64,000 nucleotides of DNA from Vicugna vicugna (taxonomy: Eukaryota), in assembly GCA_013265495.1 (NCBI GenBank), contig MU058289.1, positions 2,043,451-2,107,450 of the forward strand. Reading direction: 5' to 3'. The position numbers were made by a program, and so were the translations under genes. Position 1 is the stretch's first letter, and every line of letters starts with the position of its first letter. The notes beneath the pieces were generated by a model. The model made no database searches. It saw only the letters and a list, made by a program, of their open reading frames with translations, and was not told the origin of the DNA. Below, one piece after another: positions 37,216 through 49,735 of the stretch.

Positions 37216-39269
37216 TAGGCACTTCCAAGTTGTGTGTGCCACCCCCACCAGCAGGGCACAAGGATAATGTCCCAGAGCCCTTGAAGAGCCCATATCAGGG
37301 GCCTGAAGGCAGGACCTCAGGATTCTGCCCTCCTGCAGGCCTGGGTCCCTGCCCACTGCCCCAGGCTACACTGCTGACCATCATAACCCAGGCCTCCTGC
37401 TGGTCTGGAGGCCAAGTGGGCGGAGACCCTTCCTCCAAGAAGGACTCTTGGCTTGCCCGGTCCCCCAGGGCACTCCCATTTTTCTTGATCTCTGCCACAC
37501 CCAAGTCAGGGAAGAACTGTGCAGACCCGCTGGTCACATGTGGGTGGGAGACACAAGGCCCCCTCAGGGGGGGCTGCACTAGGGTGGAGAGGAAATTCTT
37601 CCCAGAGTGGGCTGGCGGGGCCAATGGTAGTATCTGAGATCAGAAAGATTCATGTCCTGGACCCACGGTGACAACAGGGGGCAGAGAGGAACCTACTCAG
37701 TGCCTTGGGTGGGGCACCATCTGTCCTGGGTGTGCAGAGGGTGGTCGGAGGGGTCTGTGTGTCCACCTGTCTGGAGAATAGCTCTGTGGGAGCTTGGGGG
37801 AGGGTTTCAGAGGGAGGGGTACTGACTAGGAATCCCCAAGGCCATCACTGTGGGCAGAGGAATGAGGTCATTGCTAGGGGAGGGAGGGGGTGTGCCCACT
37901 GCCGGGCTGTGCCCCTGGGGACCCAAAGAAGGGGAGACCTGTAATGCAGACCAGAGGTGGAGGTGCCTCCATCAGACACACAGAGTCCCGGGGGCTTGGC
38001 TGTACCACAGGCACCCCCAGGTCTGCGTGTCTCCCTGTGACTGCAAGGATTTTATATCCTACTGGGCCTGGTGTCCTCTGTACCTTCATGTCTGGACCAG
38101 TGAGGGTGGCTGGATTTTCAAAGCCATCTACGACACCTAAGGGCTGATGACAGAGAAGAAGGTTTGAAATCAGGGACCTCTGGTGAGGCTCCTGGGGCCA
38201 GGTGGAGAGAATATCTCACTGGGTCCGTGGAGTCAATGTTTGCAAAGATGCTGAAGCCGACCTACGTCAGGCTGGGGACCCTGAGGACTGGGACTTTCAG
38301 GAGAAGGCGGTCTCCCAGGCTGACCTCCCACATGCCTGGGACTCGTGACTGCTGCAGAGGGCCACAGACAGTTGCCTGCCGAGCTCTCTCTGCTCTGGTA
38401 CAGACAGAAGGATCAAGTGCTTTGGGGCACGTGAAGGTGACTGTGTGCGCGTGTGCACGTGTGTGAGTGTGGGTGTCACTGCTGAACCATGCAGCCTGGA
38501 GGACCAGGAGTGAGTCCCAGGAGGCAGCTGGATGTCCCAGGCTAGCATTTCTCTTGGCCTTTCCTTCCCTGAGCAGTGGGCCCACTGGATAAGCCCCAGT
38601 GTTGCTCCCCCAGATAGACAGTGGAGACTTTCCCCGCAGCTCCCACTGCCATTTAAGACCAAGATGGTCTGAGTCCAGCAAAGAGAGAGAAAGCTTTCTT
38701 GGGGCAGGGTGGCAAGGCTCCCGCTGCCTGTTAGCAGCTTTGACAGATGTGGATTCCTGGGGCAGATGGCTGCTTTGGGAGAGAAAACCTGCTCAGAGTG
38801 GGTAGGGGTTTAGAGTCACTTCTGGCCACGGTGGCTGGCGGTACTGTGGGGCTGGTGGGCATGCGGGCCAGGCCTGCTTAGCTCCAAATGCAGGGCCCAG
38901 AGGCTTCGCAGTGTGGTGGGAACACTGAGGCATCCATCAGCTCAGCCGAGAGCCGGGAGATGCTGAGGAGGAAGGAGGAGAGGAAGCCTAGTGGGGCGCT
39001 GGGCTGAGCACCATCAGCCGAGTTAGGCCCACGTGGGAGGGGCCCTGATGGAGAAGGCAAGGGAGCGCTGCCGAGCCTGCAGAAAAGCTGCTTCTGCCAC
39101 CCAGGAGCACGTGGGCTGGGGCCTCCCAGCAAGATGCAGGTCCCTCCTGGGCTGCAAAGTCCCTTCAAAGGCTCAACTTGGTCTTCCTTCCTTACACTGG
39201 GGACAAGCATCCGTGTTCCCCGATGCCCCTGACAACAGCCATGGTGGCTGTTTAGAGGGGCGCTGTGCT

Positions 39270-39665
39270 GGGTGCTGTCCCAGGCACTGTACAAGCTCCT
39301 CTCCGAGCATCCTCGTAACAAACCCACGAGGCAGGTGCTACTGCTCTCCCCCTTTACAGAAGTTATATCAGTTACAGGGATGAAAACCCAGCTCAAACAG
39401 GCTTATGCAAAAGTGGGACGCACTGGCTGAAGTAGCCATACTTCAGGATCCATATGTCCAGGATCAGCCCTAGCCCCAGGGCTCTGAGTGGTCACATGCT
39501 TAGCCCAGAACCGATCACCATGGCTGAGGAGTGTGATGCTCTGATTGGCCAGAGTGTCAGTGGCTCCAGAAGCCAGAGGGCAAAGAGTGGGTGTTCCCAA
39601 GGGAAGAACGGAGCGGCCAGGAGGCAGATGACTTCTGGCGCGGTGGCAAAGCACAGATGCCCATC
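39270..39665 (-). mobile_element. MIR fragment (about 39270-39360) followed by an MLT1J/K/L-like MaLR LTR
   Basis: CATCCTCGTAACAAACCCACGAGGCAGG (MIR); AAAACCCAGCTCAAACAGGCTTA...GGTCACATGC...GAACCGATCACCATGGC...CTCTGATTGGCCAG (MLT1). Confidence 0.7.
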
Positions 39666-40534
39666 ACATACGCCAGATCTGAGCCGAGGTCTGGGCAGAC
39701 TCCAGAATGCGCCACATCTCTGCTTCCCTATAGTGCTCTGGGGTCACTGGGCTGGCATACCTGCCCCCAAATCTTTACCGCATGGCCCCTGATAGTGGCC
39801 CAAGCCTTGGGGATCATTTCTGTCATTGTCACCTCTGCTCTCAATTCTGGGAGGTGCAGGGTGCTAGGGTGGGACAGGGTCCTCTAGCACAGGCTCCAAG
39901 CTCGGACCCTGGGAGCCCAATCAGATTTTCACTGCAGTTACATAACTTAAATATACAGGATGCAATTATTTTTTTAAATATACCAATAAAATTGTCTCTG
40001 ATTGTTTTAGTCACAATACAAATAGCCTCAATTAGAGCAGAAATAGGGCGCGGGTTTATGGCTCCCATGAATCTGAGATCAACCTCAGTTCTAAGGCAGA
40101 AAAGCCAGCAGCTCCCGCCTGGCCCAGCCATGAATCCTGCAGCAGAACATCCCCAGTTCCAGTTCGGGGGCAGGAGCCCGGGAGGAAGGGGAGGGAGGCT
40201 CCCTGGTCCCAGGCCTGCTGGGAGAGGGAAGGCCTGCAGGCCCTGCAGGAAATCTGTACGTGGAGTTGAGGACACTGACCCACTTACGGGTCCCTGCCCC
40301 CTTGCAGCCAGTGTGCCTGTCAGTCCCTCTGTAGCAGCCTGAGACCTGCAGGGTCTGGAATAGCCCCGCTCTGGGTCGTTCTCCCAGGCTCTCCTGGGCC
40401 TTCGGCTCTGGTCTGGCCCACTCAGCCCTCCTAGCCAGCCTGACGCCCAGGATCCCCTTTATAAAAGGGTGGTTTCCACCTGCTGAGAAAGGCAGTCCTG
40501 CTGGAGAGACCCAGACCCTGAGATCCAGCCAACT

Positions 40535-40615
40535 CCCCCATATTACAGATGGGGAAACTGAGACATCGATGTATAGAACGGTCCAGGGTCACACAGCAAA
40601 AGAAGTGGCTGACCA
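40535..40615 (-). mobile_element. MIR core fragment
   Basis: CCCCATATTACAGATGGGGAAACTGAG...CCAGGGTCACACAGC. Confidence 0.75.
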
Positions 40616-41187
40616 GGGGGATCCCCAAGCTCTGCAACCCATTCCCAGGAAGCCACAGGAGAGGGCAGGATGGAGTGGGGACAGCCAGTCCTTAGCGGGG
40701 AAGCTAGGTCCTTACAGTCCTCCCTGCCCTGCCCTTCCCCCTGTTTCTCTTCTGAGCATCTGCGCAGTCACTGAGACCCCTGTGAGTCCAATCCAGCCCC
40801 CTCTTCCCTGTCAAGGCCAAGGAGACCTCACCAGGCATGGAGCCCCTACGCTGGGCCCACTGCCACTCCCCTCAGGAGACCCTCACCTTCCTGCCTCAAA
40901 TTCAGTATATACTGCGGGTGACTCTGTCTGTCCTGGGCCACCCATCCAGGAAACAGCATCAACACCTGAGGACCCAGAGCTGGCACACTTCCTGGCCTCG
41001 TGGTGACACTGTGGCTGTGTGAGGCCACGATGTTCCTGCAGGGCTGGGGTAGGGCAGGAACGCGTCTGATATGTGGGGACAGCAGTGCCCCTCAGCCTGG
41101 CCACGCCTGCTCTTTCTGATGAACTTGAGCCTTTTCCTCTCAAACTCCAGGGAAAATGTTTTGGGGATTTTGGAAACTGGAATTGCA

Positions 41188-42830
41188 AGATCTACACAAA
41201 AACTACTAGAACTAATAGAAGAATTCAGCAAGGTAGCAGGTTACAAGATTAACATACAAAAATCAGTTGCATTTCTTTACACTAATGATGAATCAACAGG
41301 AAAAGAAAGTAAAGAAACAATCCCCTTTAAAATAGCACCCAAAGCAATAAAATACCTAGGAATAAATCTAACCAAGGAGATGAAAGACTTATACATGGAG
41401 AACTATAAAACATGGATTAAAGAAATTAAAGAAGACTTTAAAAAATGAAAAGATATTCCATGTTCCAGGATTGGAAGAATCAATATTGTTAAAATTGTCA
41501 TACTTCTGAAGGCAATCTACAGATTTAATGCAATTTCTATCAAATTACCCAGGATATATTTCACAGAACTAGAACAAATCATAATAAAATTTATATGGAA
41601 CCACAAAAGACCTAGAATTGCCAAAGCATTACTGAAGAAAAAAAAAAAAAGAGGCTGGAAGAATAACCCTCCCAGACTTCAGACAATACTGTAGAGCTAC
41701 AGTAATCAAAACAGCATGGTATTGGTACAAAAACAGACATATGGACCAATGGAACAGAATAGAGAGCCCAGAAATGAACCCACAAACTTTTGGTCAACTA
41801 ATCTTTGACAAAGGAGGCAAGAACACATAACGGAATAAAGACAGTCTCTTCAGCAAATGGTGTTGGGAAAACTGGACAGCAGCATGTAAAGCAATGAAGC
41901 TAGAACACTCCCTTACACCATACACAAAAATGAACTCAAAATGGATCAAAGACTTAAACATAAGACAAGATACAATAAACCTCCTAGAAGAAAACATAGG
42001 CAAATCATTATCTCGCATACATCTCCCAGGGCAGTCTACCCAAGCAATAGAAATAAAAGCAAGATTAAACAAACGGGACCTAATTAAACTTACAAGCTTT
42101 TGCAAAACAAAGGAAACCATAAACAAAACAAAACAACAACCTACAGAACAGGAGAAAATTTTTGCAAAAGGTGAAACTGACAAAGGCTTAATCTCCAGAA
42201 TATATAAGCAGCTCATACGACTTAATAAGAGAAAAACAAACAACCCAATCCAAAAATGGGCAGAAGACCTAAACAAGCAATTCTCCAAGGAATACATACA
42301 AATGGCCAATAGGCACATGAAAATTGCTCAATATCACTAATTATCAGAGAAATGCAGATCAAAACTACAATAAGGTATCACCTCACACCAGTCACAATGG
42401 CCATCATTCGAAAGTCCACAAATGACAAATGCTGGAGAGGCTGTGGAGAAAAGGGAACCCTCTTATACTGCTGGTGGGAATGCAGTTTTGTGCAGCCACT
42501 GTGGAAAACAGTATGGAGATTCCTCAAAAGACTAGGAATAGACTTACCATATGACCCAGGAATCCCACTCCTGGGCATATATCCAGAAGGAACCCTAGTT
42601 CAAAAAGACACCTGCACCCCAATATTCATAGCAGCACTATTTACAATAGCCAAGACATGGAAACAGCCTAAATGTCCGTTGACAGATGACTGGATAAAGA
42701 AGATGTGGTATAGTCATACAATGGAATACTATTCAGCCATAAAAATGACAACATAACACCATTTGTAGCAACATGAATGTCCCTGGAGAATGTCATTCTA
42801 AGTGAAGCCAGAAAGAGAAAGAAAAATACC
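41188..42830 (+). pseudogene. Disrupted LINE-1 ORF2p (end of RT to cysteine-rich C-terminus)
   Basis: KLLELIEEFSKVAGYKINIQKSVAFLY...[43 protein letters not shown]. Stop codon at 41446-41448 and several frameshifts. Confidence 0.92.
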
Positions 42831-43215
42831 ATATAAGATCATTCATATGTGAAATCTAAAAAAGAAAAAAGAAAGAAAGAAAGAAAAAAAGACAAAGGAA
42901 CACAAATACAAAACAAAAACAGACTCATAGACATAGAATACAAACTTGTGGTTGCCAAGGGGAAAGGGGGTGGGAAGGGACAGACTGGAAGTTCGAAATT
43001 TGTAGATACTGACAGGTATATATAGAATAGATAAACAAGATTATACTATATAACACAGGGAAATATATACAAGATCTTGTGGTAGCTCATGGTGAAAAAG
43101 TATACAACAATGAATATGTGTATGTTCACATATAACTGAAAAATTGTGGTCTACACTGGAAATTGACACAACATTGTAAACTGACTATAACTCAGTAAAA
43201 TAAAATTTAAAAAAG
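41188..43215 (+). mobile_element. Young lineage-specific L1, 5'-truncated (2.0 kb), inserted in an older antisense L1 remnant
   Basis: Perfect 13-bp TSD AACTGGAATTGCA at 41175-41187 and 43216-43228. ORF2 3' half plus 3' UTR with the G-rich tract GGGGAAAGGGGGTGGGAAGGG and an A-rich tail. Same subfamily as 23545-24635. Confidence 0.95.
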
Positions 43216-43700
43216 AACTGGAATTGCAGTGAGAACACTGATAAACCTGGAGAGAACCAGGATCTTCACAAGTGAGACTTCCCACCCCAGAAAGAATCAT
43301 TTCTCTCTAGTCAGGCATATCTTTTTGTCCTTTTAGTGTTTTAGAGTTTTCTTCATCTGGCTCTTGCATGTTTCATGTTAAGTTTATATCATTTGTAGCT
43401 TTACTGCTGTTGTGAATGAGGCTCCTTTTTTTTTCATTTCAGTGGCCAAGAGGAAGCTGTGGATTTTTCTCGGTGTATCCTCCGTCAGCCCCCCTTTCCA
43501 AGCTCTCTCAGAGGCTCTAATTGTTGTGCTGTTAATGTTCTTGGATTTTCTAGGTAAACATAGATTGTCTGCCAAGAATGAAAACATTCTCTTCCTTTCT
43601 AATCTTTGGTTTCCTTTTTCTTCATTTCCAGTCTTACCGTGGTGGCCAAGAACTTTTGTTTAAAACTCACGGATAGAGGGGTCACCTCCAGCTTTTCCGT
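43216..43700 (-). mobile_element. Decayed L1 ORF2 remnant (host of the young L1; continues at about 41120-41187)
   Basis: TTCTTGGATTTTCTAGGTAAACATAGATTGTCTGC and TTACTGCTGTTGTGAATG are antisense ORF2-like. Confidence 0.6.
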
Positions 43701-44319
43701 GAAGCCCCAGAGATGAAACCCTAAGGGCTCATGGTCCTGTGCACACCTGCTGGCCTTCCCAGAGAGGTGGCGCTTTGGTCCTCAGTAAGCCCATGCTTCC
43801 AAATGCCTTCCCTTTCCCCGGACTCTCTCTTTCTTCTCAGGGGCCTCCAGGGCCAGGCTGGGGATGGAGGTGGCCAGTTCCGCTTGCTCTGAGGGCTCCT
43901 TGTGCTGGGGGCTCCAAGGGACATTTTCCTTGCTGGTCCCCATGTACTTCCTCTTGAGTGCTCCTGGGCCTTTGGGTGCCGCAGTGCTGACCACAGGGAT
44001 GAACCCCTTTCCTGACCTATGATCCATCTGGGTGATCCCTAACGAAGGGTGGCAGGCCCAGCCTGGGGTGGGGTTGGTCTCTGTGATCCTTGGAGTCCTG
44101 GAACGTAGAACTGCGGTCCCACCTCTCAGCTGTGCCGTCTGATCCTCCACCCAGCATGTGTTAATGGGCACCCACTACTGGCCACATCCAGCACAGCAAC
44201 TGCGGGTCCAGGAAGATCAGATGAGGATGAGGGAGCATGCACTCACAGTGCAGCGAGATCGGCCTGGGTCCATGGTTTAGACATGCAGCAGCTGCAGGTG
44301 AGGTGGCTGTTGGGCTTGA

Positions 44320-44625
44320 AGGTGAGAGCAGCCCCTCCTGCTTGGCTCTGTGACGGGGGAAGCACTGTGGGGACAGGTCGGGGTCACCTGGTGGAAAGAT
44401 GGGAAGAGCATGACAGATGGGGGAACAGCAGCCCAGAGGTGTGAGAGGAGTACTGACCGCCCACGTCCCAGGATTCCAGGTTGGATGGGAGAGGACTCGA
44501 TGCTGCAGGCAGATGGGGGAATGGCAGAGAGGCCCAAGGTAATGAGCTGAGATCTGGAGGGTCTCAGGCTGAGGGTGAGGGGCTCAGGTGCGCACATAAG
44601 AAAGATCACGACCTGGGAGAAGGGG
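44320..44625 (-). mobile_element. L2 fragment
   Basis: Purine-rich L2-like sequence (GGATTCCAGGTT...GAGCTGAGATCTGGAGGGTCTCAGGCTGAGG). Strand and edges uncertain. Confidence 0.45.
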
Positions 44626-45269
44626 AGCTGAGAACATTCTTTGGGATTGTCCACCACCTATAAATTTATGGTATTTGGATTGGTTAGAAATATGGTTCCT
44701 CCTTACTAAGGGAGGGGAGAAAATGACCACCCATCCCTGCTGTGGCTTTGGCTATGCCAGGAGTCAGGGGAGGATATACTCCAAGGGCAGTTGTCTGCTC
44801 TGATAAACCTTCATCATGGACTTGCATCACATACTGGTGACATTAAAAGGAAGAGCGCACAATTTTCAATTTGGGGAAAAAAATGTTAAGGTGGCCTGGA
44901 TTGCAGTGGTAGCAGCATGCACATTTTAGCAGCTTCTGGTGGGATGTCTCCCTGCTCTCAGAGCCCTGCTCTTTCTCTGGGAAGCCCCCAGGACTCAGCC
45001 AGCCAGGCCCCGGCAGCCACGCCCGGGACTTAGGCCTGGCCAAGCGGATCTCCTCTCTCTCGGGAACCAGAGGTGGTGAAACTGAGTGGCCCGCTTATGG
45101 CCAGCCCCCAGGAGAGGAGGAGCCGGGAACTCCAGCCTGCAGGGCTTCAGGCCACTCTGATTTTGCTCAGCCCTCTCTGGTCCAGAGACCCACCTTCCCG
45201 GTGTTTGTCAGTGTGGGGCTACCCAGCACCCATTCCCTCTTCTCAGGATCCTGATTCCCCCATGGGACT

Positions 45270-45765
45270 CACTCCTCCTGTGTTCTCAGCCTGCATGCTG
45301 TGGGTAGAGCTGTGCTATGTGGGGCCAGCTTGTGACCCAGGCCTCAAGCCCATCAGAATGCTGTTCTCCTGTGCCACGGTGATGGGCCCTGGGGTGTGGA
45401 TGTGACTCTGGCCACATGGCTGGGCCCCATTAGAACTAACTCCAGGGTTTTTGTCTGAGACACTGGCATGTGGTGCCCACCATGTCCTAATAGACCTGCA
45501 CCTGGACCAGTGTGAGCAACTACCTTGCCCCTACGTGGAACCCACGAATGTCAGCAACAGAGTCAGCTGGAGCCCAGAGTCCAAAGTCCAGAGATAGTGG
45601 CTGAATCTAACCCCGCCATTCTGCCCTGGACTGACTGAGTCCGGAGTGGGCTGGGTGTGCCACCCCTGGCCACCCCAAGAGACCTCCCCAGGTCCAACGT
45701 CTTTCCAGCAAACCTTCTCCCAGTCTTCTGGCTTAAGTTAGCTCAAAGCAATTTCTGCTACTGGG
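45270..45765 (+). mobile_element. MaLR LTR (MLT1J/K-like)
   Basis: TGTGACCCAGGCCT..GCCCATCAGAATGC...GATGTGACTC...GGCTTAAGTTAGCTCAA...TTTCTG. Confidence 0.6.
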
Positions 45766-46769
45766 CAGAGGAGGCAGCCCCAGAGGGCTGCTCTGTTCAA
45801 GTGGACAAGAAGGGGGAGACCCAGATCCAGGAAAGCCCAGGGTTTTGACCAGAGCAGGGAGAGATAAACCCAGCATTGTCCTTCGAGGATCCGGACAGCA
45901 GTCGGGAGCTCCTGAGGCAGATCCAGGGATGCGCCTCAAGACTGCCTGGGGTGCAGGATGCCTGGGGGCAAAGTGACTTGCACTGGGCCTTGGTGGCATT
46001 TGGATGGGGGAAGACATGCTGGTGTGGGACGCCCAGGGACCGAAGACCAGAGGCAAAACTAAGTGAGCCTGGGTCCTGAGACCTGGCAGGAGCAGAGGTG
46101 GGAGGAGACTGGCAAGCAGGCTGGGGAGTTTGGATTTGACACTCAGGAAATAGGACATCACCACGATGTGATTTACTCCGGGTGGGTGATCATTGATTTA
46201 GGACTCCTGACAGGTGCACTATTCTGAAAGTTGACAGAGAGAAACATTAAGTCCAGGAGTCCCCATAATGCGTAGAGCAATAGCATTTCTCTACACCCGG
46301 TCAATTCTACAGCCAAAGCACTTTTGTCCCCTGGAGGGAGTCAGGATGGATTTGAATTAACCAGGAAGTTCTTTGATTGCTATTTTCAAACTTCTCTCTG
46401 TTACCTGGCCTGACATAATAATTACCTGCCTGTGATTTATCTCTGGCAGATTATGAGCGATGATAGGGTTTGGGGTGATAATTGAGTGTGTCCAACACCT
46501 CGCCTCCTCCCTCGTCATTCAAGATGAAGCAGCCTTGGTTTTCCCTCTGGGCCACTGGTGTTCCCTGCCACCTTGATGAGAATGGGTTGCAGAACGAGGT
46601 GGGCATTTTGTAATGAGTCCTATACAGCTCACCCTCCTGCTCTGGCCAGCCTGATGGGGGTCTATCCAGCTCAGTCTTGGTCCAGCACCTTGTAAGTCAT
46701 CCATCCCTTAGACCGAGACTCACAGCCCCAATACTAAGCCAGACCTCTGCTTGCAACTTCCCCGAATAT

Positions 46770-47110
46770 TTACTGAGCTCCTACCGTGTGTCTGGCACTG
46801 TTCTGGGGACAGATCGGTGAACCGAACAGAAAGAGCTCTGCATTTTGGGAGTGCGGAGAGCGTGAGGGGCAGGGCACCCAAGGCACATCATCCAATCAAC
46901 GGGAAAGGAACTTCAGAGACAGACGTGTGCTATGGAGGAAGTGCGACAGGGCTCAGGAGGGCCCCTCCGAAAGGGGCCTTGGGAGTGGAAGCCCAAGGAA
47001 CGAGCCGTGGAATAGGCCGGAAGGAACAGGCTAAGCAAAGGGCATGGCAAGGTGGGGAGGATGGGAAAGAGGCTGAGGGGTGGGGAATGAGGGGAAAGTG
47101 GAGAGTGTGA
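46770..47110 (-). mobile_element. L2 fragment
   Basis: AATATTTACTGAGCTCCTACCGTGTGTCTGGCACTGTTCTGGGGAC is an antisense L2 3' end. Confidence 0.75.
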
Positions 47111-47294
47111 GCTTCGAGAGGTTGACAGTGTGGGGGAGACGGTCTTCTGCACCTGGGGGTGAGGTTGCTCCAAAAAGCAGCCCCCACACTCCCCAGAGGA
47201 AGCCCTCGGGGAAGGGGTTGCGGTGCAGCCAGTAGGAAGCCCTGGATGGAGCCCTGGAGGGTCTGCAAAAAACAATCATCAGTGGCCCCTGGAG

Positions 47295-47780
47295 GCAGAG
47301 TGTCTCCGTAATTGTGGGGCCCATTGTTCAAAGAGCAGGGCAAAGCGTCTTCCTTTCTTCCACAGTCTCTCTGGCCACCTGTCATGGTGGTTTTTAATTT
47401 GCTATTTAATGCTGCTTTCCCTTGAGCACGGGGAACCTTGGAGGGTGAAGCAGATCCTCACGGGGTGCTCGGAGTACCCCTGCCTGCAACTCAGTGCTTA
47501 ACCCGGCCTCCTGTTGCCTGTGCACAGGGAGTGGAGTGTGGAAAAGTCACTAGGCAGGGGTGGGGAGTAGGCTGCTGGGAACGCATCCTGGGATGTGGGA
47601 GGTGGGGGGAGGAGGGGACTCCAAGCCCCAGCACATGTTCCATTGTCCCTTTGAACTTCACTTACAAAACACAAGTTCAAAGATTAAAGTTATAAAGTGG
47701 CGGCCACAGAGATTAAACCCCAAGTACTGGCCCCACTCTGAGCACAGCGTCCCAGCTGCTGAGAGCCGGGCACTGCCAGG
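47295..47780 (-). mobile_element. MER45-family (hAT-Tip100) DNA transposon, internally deleted
   Basis: TAATTGTGGGGCCC..TGTTCAAA; CCTGTCATGGTG..TTTGCTATTTAATG; CCATTGTCCC..ACTTCACTTACAAAACACAAGTTCAAAGAT..TTAAACCCCAAG. Confidence 0.75.
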
Positions 47781-48884
47781 GCTTGGCCAGAGCAGGGTCT
47801 GGGCCAGGCTCCCCACGCTGGCCTGGCTCTGCCACAGCAGTGTGTGCCTCTGGGGGAGTCATCGCCCTCTCTGGGCCCCAGAGTCTGCATCTGTGGAATG
47901 GTCTCGTGGCTGCCATGGAGTGCCTCCTATCTCCCTTCAGAAATTGTCACTGAGCTGCAGGAAGCTGTCAAGCCACAGCCAGGTTCTTCCCAGGATCCCT
48001 TAGCTGGTGACTGAGGATGGCAGCGGTACGAGGACCTGTCTGGTTTTTTGGTCCTCTAGCAGGCAATTTTCGCTGGGGAGCTCCCCGTTAGGTTGGCTGA
48101 AAATTTGTTGCATCGCCATTGGGGTCTGAGGCTCTCCCTGCCCAACCGCTTGCTCCCTTGTTATTATATATCATATCATTTCATATATTACCCCCGAATG
48201 AACCTGTGCACCTCTCACTCCCTTCCCGCACCTGCTTCCTGGAGGACCCATCTGGCACAGATGACAAGATGCTGTCCTCATGGAGCTGCCAGGAAGAAGG
48301 TGAGAATGCCAGGCCAGGAAGCACGACTCCTGGGGCACATGCCACCTAGAACAGAGCGGGCAGCACTGCCTGGAGTTGTGCCTCGCACCTGCCCAGACGT
48401 CTTGTGGGTCTCGGGCCACTCAAGCTGTGGTGGACTCTGCATCACAGCACTACCTTTCTCCTGTCTCAGAGACTAAAATGTCCCAACTCCAGGGACCCCA
48501 TGAACAATGGCACATTTGTCCCCAGCAGCAACTGGCCCTGGCTTGAGGTCTTCTAAGCCTGCTTCACGGAGAGCCCAGCTCATGTGCAGCCTGGTGTGGT
48601 GATGGCTAATCTCAGAACCCAGTGTCCAGGAACTCCCAAGGGAAGATGTCCTCAGTGCTGTCCCAGCAGTGGCTGCAGGTCCCTATCCACACGGGAGACT
48701 TGCCTCCTCCCCCTCCCTGCTGAGGGAGCCCAGTGCCCCTAAGCCATGGCCCTGGCTGGCTGATAGGGGGTGGGGGACAATTGGATGAGAGCTCCTGGCT
48801 TGTTGGTACTGCTGGTCTGCTGTGCACAGGGCCATTGCCATAGGGTGGTGCTGCAGTGGGTGTATTTTATTTCTTAACAGGTCT

Positions 48885-49050
48885 CAGACCTGGACTCTGC
48901 CCTGGTTTTGCCACAAGCTTCCTATGGGTCCTTAAGAGAGACATCATTAGCTCAGTGTGGCCTCAGTGTATTTATCCATGAAATGGGCATAATGCCTTCT
49001 CTGCTCCCGGCTTCTCAGAGCTGTGAGTGAGGGCTGTGAAGGACCTGGGG
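48885..49050 (+). mobile_element. MIR fragment
   Basis: GGCCTCAGTGTATTTATCCATGAAATGGGCATAAT. Confidence 0.6.
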
Positions 49051-49254
49051 GTCAAGCAGTTACTGGGCTGGGGCTGGACTGCTGGGTGGCTGGGCCTGGT
49101 GGCCACATGCCCCAAGTTTCCATCAACCCACAGGGGAGTGAGAGAAAAGAACAGAGAAGAGTCTATAACTTTCTGGCTCTGAGAACAGGATAGTTGGTGG
49201 TCATACCATTTATCAAGCTGGGGAAGTACAGGTTAGAGGGGGCAAAACCCAGTA

Positions 49255-49735
49255 TTGGGACGCTCTCTGGACTGGGGCAGCCTCAGTTCCTGTCTGCTCA
49301 GTGTGCTTCCTTCTTGTCCTCCTCTGGTGACAGAGCCTGTCCTTTCCGGGCTTACTGACTCCCACCCTTTGCTTCAAGTGTGGGACCTGACCCAGACCTG
49401 GCCAATGAGAGGACCTCATTCCCTGGCTCAGTGATGGGCACGTGACCTGAGCCAGCCAACCAGAGGAGTCCTTTTGGGGACTTCAAAGGGTGAGACTTTC
49501 TCTTTTCCTGGGATCACAAGCTGATATGTGGAAGCGCTTTAGGAAACACTTGTGGCTGTCTTGGCTGCCAAAGGGAGTCAGCCTGTCTGAGAAAGAAACC
49601 AAGAACACGAGAAAGCAGAGCCAAAAGAGAATGGGTGGACACCTGATGATATCGTTTGGAACCCCTAGATCCCACTGTACCTGAAGCTGGACTTCTCAAT
49701 TGTGCAAGTCAATAAATTGCTCTCTTTTCCTTCAA
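49255..49735 (+). mobile_element. MaLR LTR (MLT1K/L-like)
   Basis: GACCCAGACCTGGCCAAT...GATGGGCACGTGACC...CCCCTAGATCCCACTGTACCTGAAGC...GTCAATAAATT. Confidence 0.7.

Noticed and set aside
38220..38265. Possible 42-nt minus-strand exon encoding VGFSIFANIDSTDP
   Set aside because: No polypyrimidine tract at the acceptor, no partner exons, and I cannot assign the peptide to a known protein.
40454..40470. TATA box (TATAAAA) in a near-palindrome CCCTTTATAAAAGGG
   Set aside because: Isolated motif with a MIR just downstream and no first exon or CpG island; it is not a CArG box because the A/T run is nine bases.
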